From NCBI GenBank assembly GCA_965217895.1, contig CBDCJV010000002.1, positions 576,001-640,000 of the forward strand: a stretch of 64,000 bases of DNA, in the 5' to 3' direction. The position numbers and the translations under genes are program-made. A model generated the notes under the pieces. It saw only the letters and a program-made list of their open reading frames with translations, made no database searches and was not told the origin of the DNA. Below are positions 31,402 to 40,747 of the stretch, in pieces (positions within the stretch are counted from its first letter, which is position 1; the number at the start of each line of letters is the position of its first letter). The DNA is from Waterburya sp. (GTDB lineage Bacteria; Cyanobacteriota; Cyanobacteriia; Cyanobacteriales; Xenococcaceae).

Positions 31402-31418
31402 ATTAAATATATCTAATA

Positions 31419-31523
31419 TTAGAGTACCAGATCATCAAATTCGTAAGCGATCGCATGAGCCAAATGAACTGCCAGGGTAGTTTTGCCAGAACCACCTTTG
31501 AGAGATGAAAAACAGATAATCAT
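31419..31523 (-). pseudogene. parA: parA 5' stub, copy 2
   Basis: MIICFSSLKGGSGKTTLAVHLAHAIA, then unrelated sequence after the HIP1 site at 31447-31454. Confidence 0.85.
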
Positions 31524-31528
31524 TTTTC

Positions 31529-31641
31529 TAAGTGATTACGTAATCAAGTGAACAAGTAAACACTGATTTAAGTATTCAAGTGAGTAAGTGAATACTTGTT
31601 TAAGTGAGCAAGTGAATGTTAGCTCGAAAATTTTAATATGG
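31529..31641. repeat. Iterated (C/T)AAGT(G/A)A repeats upstream of parA stub 2 (centromere/operator-like)
   Basis: caagtgaa caagtaaa ... caagtgag taagtgaa ... taagtgag caagtgaa, roughly 8-bp period. Confidence 0.6.
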
Positions 31642-31657
31642 TATTTTCTGCTTATTT

Positions 31658-32980
31658 TTGCCGATGAACATTCCTAATGGATACGATCCAATAACTTTAA
31701 ATCATTGGCTATGGTACAAGTATCAATGTCATGAAGGTTCTGCTCATGAATTTCAACGTCTATTTGAGAATATCTTTAAGCGTGCCAAACCAGAGTTTAT
31801 TCAAATACGCCCTTACGGAAATATTGGAGATCGTAAATGTGACGGACTTTTTTATTCTCAAGAGAACTCAACCGTGTTCCAGGTTTATTCTCCTGATGAA
31901 TTAAAACAGGCAGAAGTTCAAAAGAAAATTGACGAAGATCTTGATGGTGCAGTTGTTCATTGGGGGGACAATCTTAAAAAATGGGTATTTGTATACAACG
32001 TTAGACGGGGACTTCCTCCAGATATTCCTAAGACATTAAAAGAAAAACAAAACCAGTATCCTAATATTGAATTAGATCACTTGAGCAGCGATCGCCTTTG
32101 GGAAATAGCTCGTAGTTTAACTGTTCAACAAAGAGCAGAAATATTAGGTCCGCCCATTGGTTACGAGCATCTATTTTTTACTTCTGACCTGACATCTACT
32201 GAGTTGAGTGAAGTGATGAAAAAGTCATGGTTTATCCTTATCCAAGATAAGCTCATGACTATAGACTTCAGTTCTGTGGAAGAAGCCTTAAAGCCCGATA
32301 TATCTTTTGGTTATCCGACAATCATTCGTCCCGAACTGGGGCAACTTCCTTGGACTGAAGCTGCGGAATATCAAAAACAAATAATTAATGAAGTAATAGA
32401 AAAAAGCAAAGACATATCTCTGGCTAGATTTGCTGTTTTTAGCTTAACTCCAATTCCTTTAGGCATTCATTTAGGTTTTGTACTGTCTGACGGGATAAAA
32501 GTTCGCTATTTTCAATACGATCGAGATCGCGGTTCGTGGCAATGGACAGAAGTTAAGTCAGAAGAAATTGATTGTAATATTCAAGTCTCAGGTCTTCCCG
32601 AAAGGCTTGTTGAAGAAGAAACTGAAGCTGTCATTCGAGTATCTCTAAGCAACACCGTGTCGAAAAAGCAAACTGACACTATCGTCCCAAATTGTTCGGT
32701 AGAAGTAGATATTTATGTAGACGATCCAGATGTAGCAGAGTGGCTGGTAAGTCCCCAACAGTTAACTCAGCTAGCAAAGGTATTTCGTAAAGTTCTCAAA
32801 GCCATTCGTAATAATGTCCCCAACTGTGCGCGAATACATTTATTTGGCGCAGTGCCGACAGGAGCTTGTATTGTTATGGGACAAGCAATTAATCCCCGTA
32901 TGAATGCACCTGTTGAACTGTATCAGTTTGATTCCAATAGCGATCCACAATATAAATGGGCATTGACTTTGAAGAACTAA
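31658..32980 (+). CDS. Restriction-endonuclease-like domain plus SAVED domain (Cap4-like effector architecture)
   Basis: N-terminal FQRLFENI...GDRKCDG...FQVYSP; C-terminal SAVED motifs FSLTPIPLGIHLGF, FQYDR..GSWQW, VSLS, IHLFGAVP..ACIVMGQ. Confidence 0.8.
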   Translation: MPMNIPNGYDPITLNHWLWYKYQCHEGSAHEFQRLFENIFKRAKPEFIQIRPYGNIGDRKCDGLFYSQENSTVFQVYSPDELKQAEVQKKIDEDLDGAVVHWGDNLKKWVFVYNVRRGLPPDIPKTLKEKQNQYPNIELDHLSSDRLWEIARSLTVQQRAEILGPPIGYEHLFFTSDLTSTELSEVMKKSWFILIQDKLMTIDFSSVEEALKPDISFGYPTIIRPELGQLPWTEAAEYQKQIINEVIEKSKDISLARFAVFSLTPIPLGIHLGFVLSDGIKVRYFQYDRDRGSWQWTEVKSEEIDCNIQVSGLPERLVEEETEAVIRVSLSNTVSKKQTDTIVPNCSVEVDIYVDDPDVAEWLVSPQQLTQLAKVFRKVLKAIRNNVPNCARIHLFGAVPTGACIVMGQAINPRMNAPVELYQFDSNSDPQYKWALTLKN

Positions 32981-32990
32981 ATCTTAGTTT

Positions 32991-33306
32991 TTAAGCTTGT
33001 CTGTAATCTTGGGCAATGGTCAAAGCATAACTAAAGCCGTCATTATTTTCGTAAACATGAATTTTAGGGTCTATCTTTGGTAGCAAAATACAGCCTATAC
33101 TTACAGCTACGGATAAAGGAATGGCAGGAAATAAATGAATTTCACAGTCATGACCGTGAGTTTCTCGAATTCTTCTCAATAAACTTCTCAGCATGAGTCA
33201 AATTATCTCGATACAATAGCTCATTGCATCCACGGAATTGACATCGCCCAGCAGATTTTGTCCATAATTTCTGTTTCACCTTTGCAGGAATGCTTGTTTT
33301 AGACAT
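32991..33306 (-). pseudogene. HNH-SAVED (Cap5-like) gene with a large internal deletion
   Basis: N-terminus MSKTSIPAKVKQKLWTKSAGRCQFRGCN joined out of frame to a SAVED C-terminus EIHLFPAIPLSVAVSIG..LLPK...HVYE...FSYALTI. Confidence 0.78.
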
Positions 33307-33429
33307 TTTTCTCCTCCGAATACCAAAGTTCACCAATTAATTCGCGTGTTAGGCTTTTCTGGCTCAGTTCCCAAGCTCTCAAACCTTCAATGCCCAAAAT
33401 GACAAAATGAAGACTATCACTATCAAAAA

Positions 33430-34158
33430 AAAGAAAATGTTAGTATACCCATAATTGCCAGCCTTAATAGCTCTACTATCGGTGCTTAGGGTGATTATGC
33501 CAAAAAGATCGCACAGGCTGGGGCAGATGCGATCAAGTTAAATATCTATTCTATCCCCACTGATTTAACCATGAAGGGAGAACAGATAGAACAAAACTAT
33601 GTTGATATTGTTCGTGCCGTCACTAACTCGGTAAATCTTCCTGTAGCAGTTAAACTCAGTCCCTTCTTTAGCAACATGGCAAACATGGCAAAACGCCTCA
33701 GCGATGCGGGGGCTAGCGGATTGGTTTTGTTCAATCGTTTTTATCAAGCAGATATCGATCTTGTAACTCTCGAAGCCGAACCAAATTTACTGCTGAGTAC
33801 TTCTAGAGATAATCGTTTACCAATGCGCTGGATTGCCATTTTGTATGGAACTATTCCTGTTGACTTTGCAGCCACTAGCGGGATTCGCACTGCCCACGAT
33901 GTCATTAAAATGATGATGGTAGGGGCTGACGTTACCATGCTTGTCAGCGTCTTGTTGAGTCATGGTGTCGAACAGTTAGGCAAAATCGAAAAAGATTTAA
34001 TCGAATGGCTAGAAGTTAAAGAATACGAATCAATTTACCAATTGCAGGGCAGCATGAGTCAAATGAACTGTCCCGATCCCAGTATTTTTGAACGGGTGCA
34101 ATATCTCAAAGCGGTACAAACTTATTATCCTCGCTTGGGAATGGCATATAGGAGTTAG
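33430..34158 (+). pseudogene. Dihydroorotate dehydrogenase-like protein, 5'-truncated, with an in-frame stop at 33487
   Basis: IPIIASLN...*...AGADAIKLNIY, PVAVKLSPFF, GLVLFNRFYQ, AATSGI. Confidence 0.85.
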
Positions 34159-34182
34159 GCAGAAGGCAGGAGTTAGGAGTCA

Positions 34183-35356
34183 ATGAGCAAAAGAATTGGA
34201 ATTTTAACCAGTGGTGGAGATTGCCCTGGATTGAACGCAATTATCCGTGCTGTAGTTAAGTGCGCTAGCCAGAAAGGATGGGAAGTATACGGCATTCTCT
34301 ATGGTACGGAAGGTTTTTTAAGATTAGAAAATGGTAAGTGTCACTCAGAAGATTTAGAACTAAAAGAAAATGGCTATGATATGCCAGGATTCATTCACGG
34401 TATCGATATTCTGCAATTTCTTAGTGGCAGTATCTTAGGTTCTCTGAGCAAAGGAAATCCTGGAGACAAAGAAGTTGCCCGCACCATTGTCAAAGGCTAT
34501 AGAGATTTGAAACTAGATGCTCTTATTGCCGTAGGTGGAGACGGCAGCCTAGACATCATTTATGACCTAACACAGCAGGGAGACTGGAATATTGTCGCCA
34601 TCCCTAAAACTATCGATAACGATGTCCCCTTTACGGAAAGATCTGTGGGCTTTGATACAGCAGTAGATAAGGTAACTTCGGCACTCTACGATCTTACCTT
34701 CACCGCAGCCAGCCACGATCGCACGATGATCGTCGAAGTGATGGGGCGTAATGCGGGGCATCTGGCACTCTCATCAGGTATTGCTGGCGGTGCAGACATT
34801 ATTTTAATTCCCGAACTTGTATCCAAGATTGATCGGGATTTGATTACTGATATTTGCATTCACATTGCCAAGTTACGATCGCAGGGTCGTAAATTTGCCA
34901 TGATTGTTATTGCTGAAGGAGTAAAAAATTATGCAGGGGAGAGACAGAAGGGAATAGCAGACTATTTATCTCTGCAAATCGACAAGGTAAGCCACGAACT
35001 ATGTCTAACTGAAAAACCCGAATTTTGCGACCTCGACAAAATTGAAACGCGCAGCGAAGCCATGCCGTAGGCTTATCGCTAGTTTTGGGGCATATTCAGC
35101 GTAGCGGTATGCCTTCCTCTTACGACCCCGCTTGTTAGCTGCTACCTTTGCTAAAAAAGCGGTAGATCTAATTGCTGAAGAGAAATATAGCCAGCTAGTT
35201 GTTTGGCAAAACGGAGAAGTACAAATTCAGTCTTTGGATACAGTTGTCAAGCATATTAAACATCGCCATCAGTTAGGAGTCTGCCCTAATCCTGTAGATA
35301 CAAATGGGTTCTTGGTTCAAACAGCGCGATCGCTCGGTGTTTATTTAGGAGTTTAG
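34183..35356 (+). pseudogene. pfkA: ATP-dependent 6-phosphofructokinase, disrupted near the 3' end
   Basis: [39 protein letters not shown] is shifted out of frame by a 23-bp insertion, followed by a second frameshift. Confidence 0.92.
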
Positions 35357-35680
35357 TAATCTTGTCTTTGGGCTTTTAAGATTAGGGCAATTGTCTTTGT
35401 TAATACCTCGTTTACCGCCAGCAAAAATATCTGGTATATTATATAACGGTGAATTTCACCTAAACAGAATTATTGGCACCAAAAAATTATAGAATTCGGA
35501 AAACCAACTTATATTGAAACAAAAGCCAATTATTGCGATTGTTTACCAGCTAAGAAAAAACAATTTTTGTCTAACAAAAAAATAAGCCTATTTATTTTGA
35601 TTTATGGGGTAATACGGATGTTGAGCCGAGTATTAAGAGGATAAAAAGGAGTATAACAATACACATATATAATATTCCTG

Positions 35681-37654
35681 ATGACTCTAGAGCCTCGCTA
35701 CCTTACAAAATCATTATTTGCTTTAGCTTGTAAATGTCCTACGAAACTTTATTACACTAATAAAAAAGACGAGTATCCAAATACAAAACTAGAAGATCCT
35801 TTTCTTAAAGGACTTGCTGAAGGAGGTTTGCAGGTTGCTGCACTTGCAAAGCAATATTACCTAGAAGGAAAAGAGATAAAAACCCTTAACTATGAAGAAG
35901 CATTAGAAGAGACAAATCATTATTTACAGAAAGAAAAAGTAATTATTTTTGAAGCTGCTATTCGACACCAAAATCTCTTTATAAGAGCAGATATTCTAGT
36001 AAAGGATGGTGACTGTATTGAACTCATTGAGGTCAAAGCAAAATCGTATGACAGTAATAAACCTCAAGACTTTTTAACCAAGAAAGGTGATGTGTCCGCA
36101 AGGTGGTATCCCTATCTTCAAGATATCGCGTTTCAAACCTATGTCTTCCAGCAAGCTTTTCCCTATTTCCGCATAGAGCCTTATCTTCTTCTAGCTGATA
36201 AAAGAACACAATGTCTTACTGACGGACTCAATCAAAAATTCTTATTGAAGCAAGGAGATGGCGATCGCAAAGTGATGGTAGTGACCTCACCGCTTACTCA
36301 GGTAGAAAGATCGCAAAAGATTCTAGCCAAAGTATCTGTTGACGAAGCGATTCAAGTAATCTTCAAAAATAAAGACAAAAATTCAGGTAAGACATTTCAA
36401 GAGATTGTCGATCAATTTTCCACAGCTTACAAAGAAAATCAAAGGATTTGGTCTCCTGTTAGCAAAGAGTGTGCAAATTGTGAATTTAAAGTAAATCTCG
36501 ATGAAGAAAAACAAGGCTATAAAAGTGGATTTAAAGAATGTTGGTCTCATCATTTGAATTGGCAAGAAATAGATTTTAAAGAACCGACAATTCTGGAGCT
36601 TTGGAATTATCGAAAAAAGGATGAGCTTATTGCAACAGGAGTATGTAAGCTTTCTGACGTTACCAAGGATATGCTTAACGTAAAAAAGGACGGCAAACCA
36701 GGAATGTCAACCTCAGAAAGACAGATGCAGCAGGTGTATAAAGTAAAAACTAAGGATAATAAACCAGAAATCGACCTAAAAGGGTTACAAGCAGAAATTA
36801 AAAAACTTACCTTTCCGCTACACTTTATTGACTTTGAGACTATCCAACCTGCTATTCCCTTTCACAAAGGAAGATGTCCATACGAGGCAATTGCATTTCA
36901 GTTTTCCCATCATCAAATGGAGTCAGATGGAACTGTGACTCACAAGGGAGAATATCTAAATACTGAGACTTTTCCTAACTATAAGTTTATACGTCAACTT
37001 AAAGACCAATTAATGCAAGATCGAGGCTCGATTTTTCGCTATTCTAATCACGAAAATACTTATCTAAATTACATTTATACTCAACTTGAAGAAGATCTAA
37101 ATCCTCCAGACGATGTACAGGATCTTCAAGATTTCATTAAGCGTATCTCCAAGTCTTCTAGTAATAGAAAAAAAGAAAATTCCTGGACAGGAGATCGCAA
37201 TATGATAGATCTCCTTGAATGGGTGAAGCGTTATTATTATGATCCTCGCACAAATGGATCGAACTCAATTAAGTATGTTCTTCCCGCGATACTCAATTCA
37301 TCTTCTTACCTTCAAGAACGCTACTCTCAGCCCAATTATGGCAAGACTAGTCGTATTAAAGGTTCTAACTTTGAGAATTTTCAGTGGGTACAATATGAAA
37401 ATAATGTAATCAAAGATCCTTACAAATTACTTCCTAATCTCTTCACAAATATCTCTGAGAAAGAACATATATTACTGACTCAAGAAGATGAAATCAATAA
37501 CGGTTCAGCAGCCCTTACTGCTTATGCAAAAATACAATCTACTAAGATAGATACGGAAGAGCGTACTGCACTCGAAGCTGGCTTATTACGATACTGTGAA
37601 TTAGATACATTAGCTATGGTCATGATATTTGAGGGTTGGAAAAATTGGGAATAG
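35681..37654 (+). CDS. DUF2779-type protein: PD-(D/E)xK-like nuclease plus DEDD-like exonuclease domain
   Basis: RADIL...IELIEVK, DIAFQ, HFIDFET, AFQFSHH, SIKYVLPA, YCELDT; Cys motifs. Confidence 0.8.
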   Translation: MTLEPRYLTKSLFALACKCPTKLYYTNKKDEYPNTKLEDPFLKGLAEGGLQVAALAKQYYLEGKEIKTLNYEEALEETNHYLQKEKVIIFEAAIRHQNLFIRADILVKDGDCIELIEVKAKSYDSNKPQDFLTKKGDVSARWYPYLQDIAFQTYVFQQAFPYFRIEPYLLLADKRTQCLTDGLNQKFLLKQGDGDRKVMVVTSPLTQVERSQKILAKVSVDEAIQVIFKNKDKNSGKTFQEIVDQFSTAYKENQRIWSPVSKECANCEFKVNLDEEKQGYKSGFKECWSHHLNWQEIDFKEPTILELWNYRKKDELIATGVCKLSDVTKDMLNVKKDGKPGMSTSERQMQQVYKVKTKDNKPEIDLKGLQAEIKKLTFPLHFIDFETIQPAIPFHKGRCPYEAIAFQFSHHQMESDGTVTHKGEYLNTETFPNYKFIRQLKDQLMQDRGSIFRYSNHENTYLNYIYTQLEEDLNPPDDVQDLQDFIKRISKSSSNRKKENSWTGDRNMIDLLEWVKRYYYDPRTNGSNSIKYVLPAILNSSSYLQERYSQPNYGKTSRIKGSNFENFQWVQYENNVIKDPYKLLPNLFTNISEKEHILLTQEDEINNGSAALTAYAKIQSTKIDTEERTALEAGLLRYCELDTLAMVMIFEGWKNWE

Positions 37655-37853
37655 CAAACGAAAATGCAGACCACCTAGCAAATGTCAGATAATTTATAAG
37701 TTATTGGACAGCTAAATCACTCCTATTTTTAGTGCTTCAAAAATAGTTTTTTGGTTATTATTAAAATGGCAATGCCTTGAGATTGACTCATAAGTCAGTT
37801 CGCAACTCATATTTTCATTAGTTGATTAAAGCTTTTTGTGTAATTGCGTTCAT

Positions 37854-38315
37854 CTATTTCACAGTGGCAATTTGATGATCGCGACTACCAACCTTCAGCC
37901 ATTGATAAGAAACAATATTTAGCAAAATGCCAACCAAAAATAATAGCAGCATCAAAAATATTTGATACCAGGCAATTGGATCGACTATTAAGTCGGCAAC
38001 TAGGTGAACAAAATTCAGAACAGAATATAACACCGTGAAGCCAAAATGAAATACTCGCCAGCGTTTGAATTTATAAAAAGCTGTAGCGATGATAGCTAGC
38101 ATTGGTAAAATAAAAAACAATAGCATTCCCCATAAAATTGGAGTTATCTCGGCTATGGTAGCGGTTGATTGATGAATATGACGCATCATTGCTACATCAA
38201 TACCATGAAATAAAGGTATTAAAGCTAGCTGTGTATGAAATAACGTACCGAGTAGAAATACTACCCACAAAGCAATGATTTTTTCCTGGTAACTAATTGT
38301 ATTAATTTTAGTCAT
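37854..38315 (-). CDS. Four-TM hypothetical membrane protein
   Basis: Four hydrophobic segments; co-oriented downstream of usp. Confidence 0.75.
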   Translation of the reverse strand: MTKINTISYQEKIIALWVVFLLGTLFHTQLALIPLFHGIDVAMMRHIHQSTATIAEITPILWGMLLFFILPMLAIIATAFYKFKRWRVFHFGFTVLYSVLNFVHLVADLIVDPIAWYQIFLMLLLFLVGILLNIVSYQWLKVGSRDHQIATVK

Positions 38316-38332
38316 CTCGATCCTCTCAACAA

Positions 38333-38857
38333 CTAAATATTTACGTGGCTAATATCGGAAAGAACTTCGGCTTCTACTCTAATTGCGCCCTGGACTACCA
38401 AAACCGAACAAGGAGCATGATGAATTACATAGTTACTCACGCTACCCAAAAACATTTCTGAAATATTTTTCTGACCCCGACGACCGATGACTACAAGATC
38501 GGCATTCCAGTCCCTAGCGTGATCGCCAATTCCCAAATTGCAGCTTCCTATATGGCATTCATGCTTACAGTCGATGCCAAGTTTGTGAGCTTTCTTGACC
38601 AATGTTTCTAGCCAATCATTAACTGTATCTACTTCTTGTCTGAGTCGTTGGCGACTCCAATCGTAACGTTCTCCCGATAGATCGACATCGTACAGAGTAC
38701 CAATTCCAATCCAGGGTGATACATCCTGCATTGTCCAATCAACAAAATGTACTAAAAGCATTTCAGTTGTTCCAGATTCGGCCAAGGAAAAGGCAGAATC
38801 TAGAACTGTTGCTGCTTCTGATGAACGATCTAGTGCGACTAATATTTTTTTAAACAT
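38333..38857 (-). CDS. Universal stress protein
   Basis: FKKILVALDRS, ADLVVIGRRG, FLGSVSNYVIHHAPCSVLVV. Confidence 0.93.
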   Translation of the reverse strand: MFKKILVALDRSSEAATVLDSAFSLAESGTTEMLLVHFVDWTMQDVSPWIGIGTLYDVDLSGERYDWSRQRLRQEVDTVNDWLETLVKKAHKLGIDCKHECHIGSCNLGIGDHARDWNADLVVIGRRGQKNISEMFLGSVSNYVIHHAPCSVLVVQGAIRVEAEVLSDISHVNI

Positions 38858-39001
38858 AATTTCTCCATGAAGTCAGGGGTCAGAAGGCAGCCCTAAAGGA
38901 TTCCCTTCGGTCAAGGCAGGGGGCAGGAGTCAGAAGTTAGAAGGGAGAAGTTTTGAACATAAACAACCAATAACTAACAACCAACAACTACTCACTAACA
39001 A

Positions 39002-40549
39002 CTATCTACTAAACATCAACTGCCGATTCCGAATTGTCTGTCCTGTCAACAATTCCGCTACATCCATACCGTTACTAATCACCCCAGGAACGCTAGGATA
39101 GCCAGCAGTTGCCCCAACTAAGAATAGATTAGGCAATTCGGTTTTATAACCTAAGCGGTTTAAACCAATCTGTTTGGGAATTAATTTTGCGCCATACATA
39201 TTGCCTTCTGGCTGACCTAAGAAATGTTCGCTAGTTGTGGGGGTGCCAAATATTTTCATCCGAATATGTTTGTCAATATCGAGGATTAAATCTTGCACGC
39301 TGGTCATTAAATCTCGATACACGGCTCGTTTTTGAGCTTTGTAAGCTTTCTCGTCCGTTCTGTGGAGTTTCTTAAATGGCTCGTAAGGACATATAGTCGT
39401 AATCTCTAGAACATGATTTCCATTGGGTGCCATGCCTGGTTCGCGAGATTTTAGGGTAGGACAAGATAGGAAGATCCAAGGATGTTCTAGATTTCCTTTG
39501 AGTTGCTGTTGATAAGCCTGATTAAGATTGCCATTGGGATAATACCAAATATTCCAATTACCGATGCCATAATCGGCAGGATTGAAGTCAGAATCTAAAC
39601 CAAGATAAATATTGAAAGCACTGGCAGAATATTCATAATTAGTTAAGCGATCGCATTCTTGTTTGCTAAGTGCCAAAGAATCGTGCATTAATTTTACAGT
39701 GAGCTTGGGGTCAAGATCGCTGATGTAGGCATTATCTGCTTGATAAGTTTTTGCTCCTGCATAAACACCGACTACTCGACCGTTCTCCACTTCGATATGC
39801 TGTACTGGGGTGGAGAACTCAACCACGCCACCACCTTCAGTAATTACAGAGACAATGCTATCGACGAGATGTTTAAAATGATGTCGGGGATAGTAAGCAC
39901 CCTCTGAATAATCAAATACTAATGATGTATGAGTAATCAGGGCTATTTCCGCAGGAGGTAAACCATAGTCACCGCTTTGTCCTGCTAGAAGTGCCTGTAG
40001 CTTAGGCGATAATCCTGCATTATCGTAAAGATCTTGTAATGTCCAATTCCGTCTGGTAAACAGATGCCAATACTTTGGTAAAGACAGCCAATCTGACCAA
40101 TCAAGGTCGTACCAATTTACTTCTTGGGTTAGCTGTTTTATTTCCTTATGAAGCTGCTTGATCTCGTCACAGTAGTGATTGATGCCCCAGGCTTCTTCGG
40201 GAAAAGTAGCTATGAGGCGATCGCGAAATTTCTCCCAATCGAGGGGAATCCGAAAATCAACTTCTGGAGTAATTACCCTGTCAATACAGTCTGGGTTAAG
40301 AGAATTGAAGGGAACATCGCGATCGATATAATCTAAAAACTGCTTAACAGTTTGTCCTTCCCCACATTGATAAATATAGTGAACATCGGCACAAAAGTTA
40401 TAGTCGCCGTAACTAAAAGTGTGACAGCAACCACCAGGAAGGTAATGCTGCTCTAAGACTGCCACTCGATATCCTTGGCGAGTCAAACAGGCGGCTGTGG
40501 AGAGTCCACCTAAACCCGCACCCAAAATTACATAATCAAAATTTTCCAC
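39002..40549 (-). CDS. FAD-dependent oxidoreductase, phytoene desaturase/CrtH-like family
   Basis: ILGAGLGGL, LEQHYLPGGCC, GTPTT, NLFLVGA. Confidence 0.85.
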   Translation of the reverse strand: MENFDYVILGAGLGGLSTAACLTRQGYRVAVLEQHYLPGGCCHTFSYGDYNFCADVHYIYQCGEGQTVKQFLDYIDRDVPFNSLNPDCIDRVITPEVDFRIPLDWEKFRDRLIATFPEEAWGINHYCDEIKQLHKEIKQLTQEVNWYDLDWSDWLSLPKYWHLFTRRNWTLQDLYDNAGLSPKLQALLAGQSGDYGLPPAEIALITHTSLVFDYSEGAYYPRHHFKHLVDSIVSVITEGGGVVEFSTPVQHIEVENGRVVGVYAGAKTYQADNAYISDLDPKLTVKLMHDSLALSKQECDRLTNYEYSASAFNIYLGLDSDFNPADYGIGNWNIWYYPNGNLNQAYQQQLKGNLEHPWIFLSCPTLKSREPGMAPNGNHVLEITTICPYEPFKKLHRTDEKAYKAQKRAVYRDLMTSVQDLILDIDKHIRMKIFGTPTTSEHFLGQPEGNMYGAKLIPKQIGLNRLGYKTELPNLFLVGATAGYPSVPGVISNGMDVAELLTGQTIRNRQLMFSR

Positions 40550-40586
40550 AATACTATACTACTCCTTTGGATTAATAGCCGATCCC

Positions 40587-40746
40587 GACTCCTGACTCCT
40601 GACTACATGCGGACAAGTCCTTCTTACGAAGTTTGCTCAACGGGGGGAACCCCCCCTAAAGGATTCAGCAGTTTGCTCAAGTCGGGGAACTCGCCCAACG
40701 CAACTGCTTCACCGCAACGCAACTTCGCGCTTTGTGACTTCTGACT
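40587..40746. repeat. Nested cluster of STRR and small dispersed hairpin repeats
   Basis: (GACTCCT)n, a split ACATGCGGACAAGTCCTT...TTGTG, two AGTTTGCTCAA...CAACGCAACT units and CCCTAAAGGATT. Confidence 0.75.
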
Positions 40747-40747
40747 T

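Noticed and set aside
30514..31508. 54-bp direct repeats as attL/attR of the integrase
   Set aside because: They encode the ParA N-terminus, enclose under 1 kb, do not include the integrase and are not tRNA-derived.
31658..33336. Complete CBASS system
   Set aside because: No CD-NTase or Cap2/3 ORF in the window. The AbiEii nucleotidyltransferase is paired with AbiEi and is not a CD-NTase.
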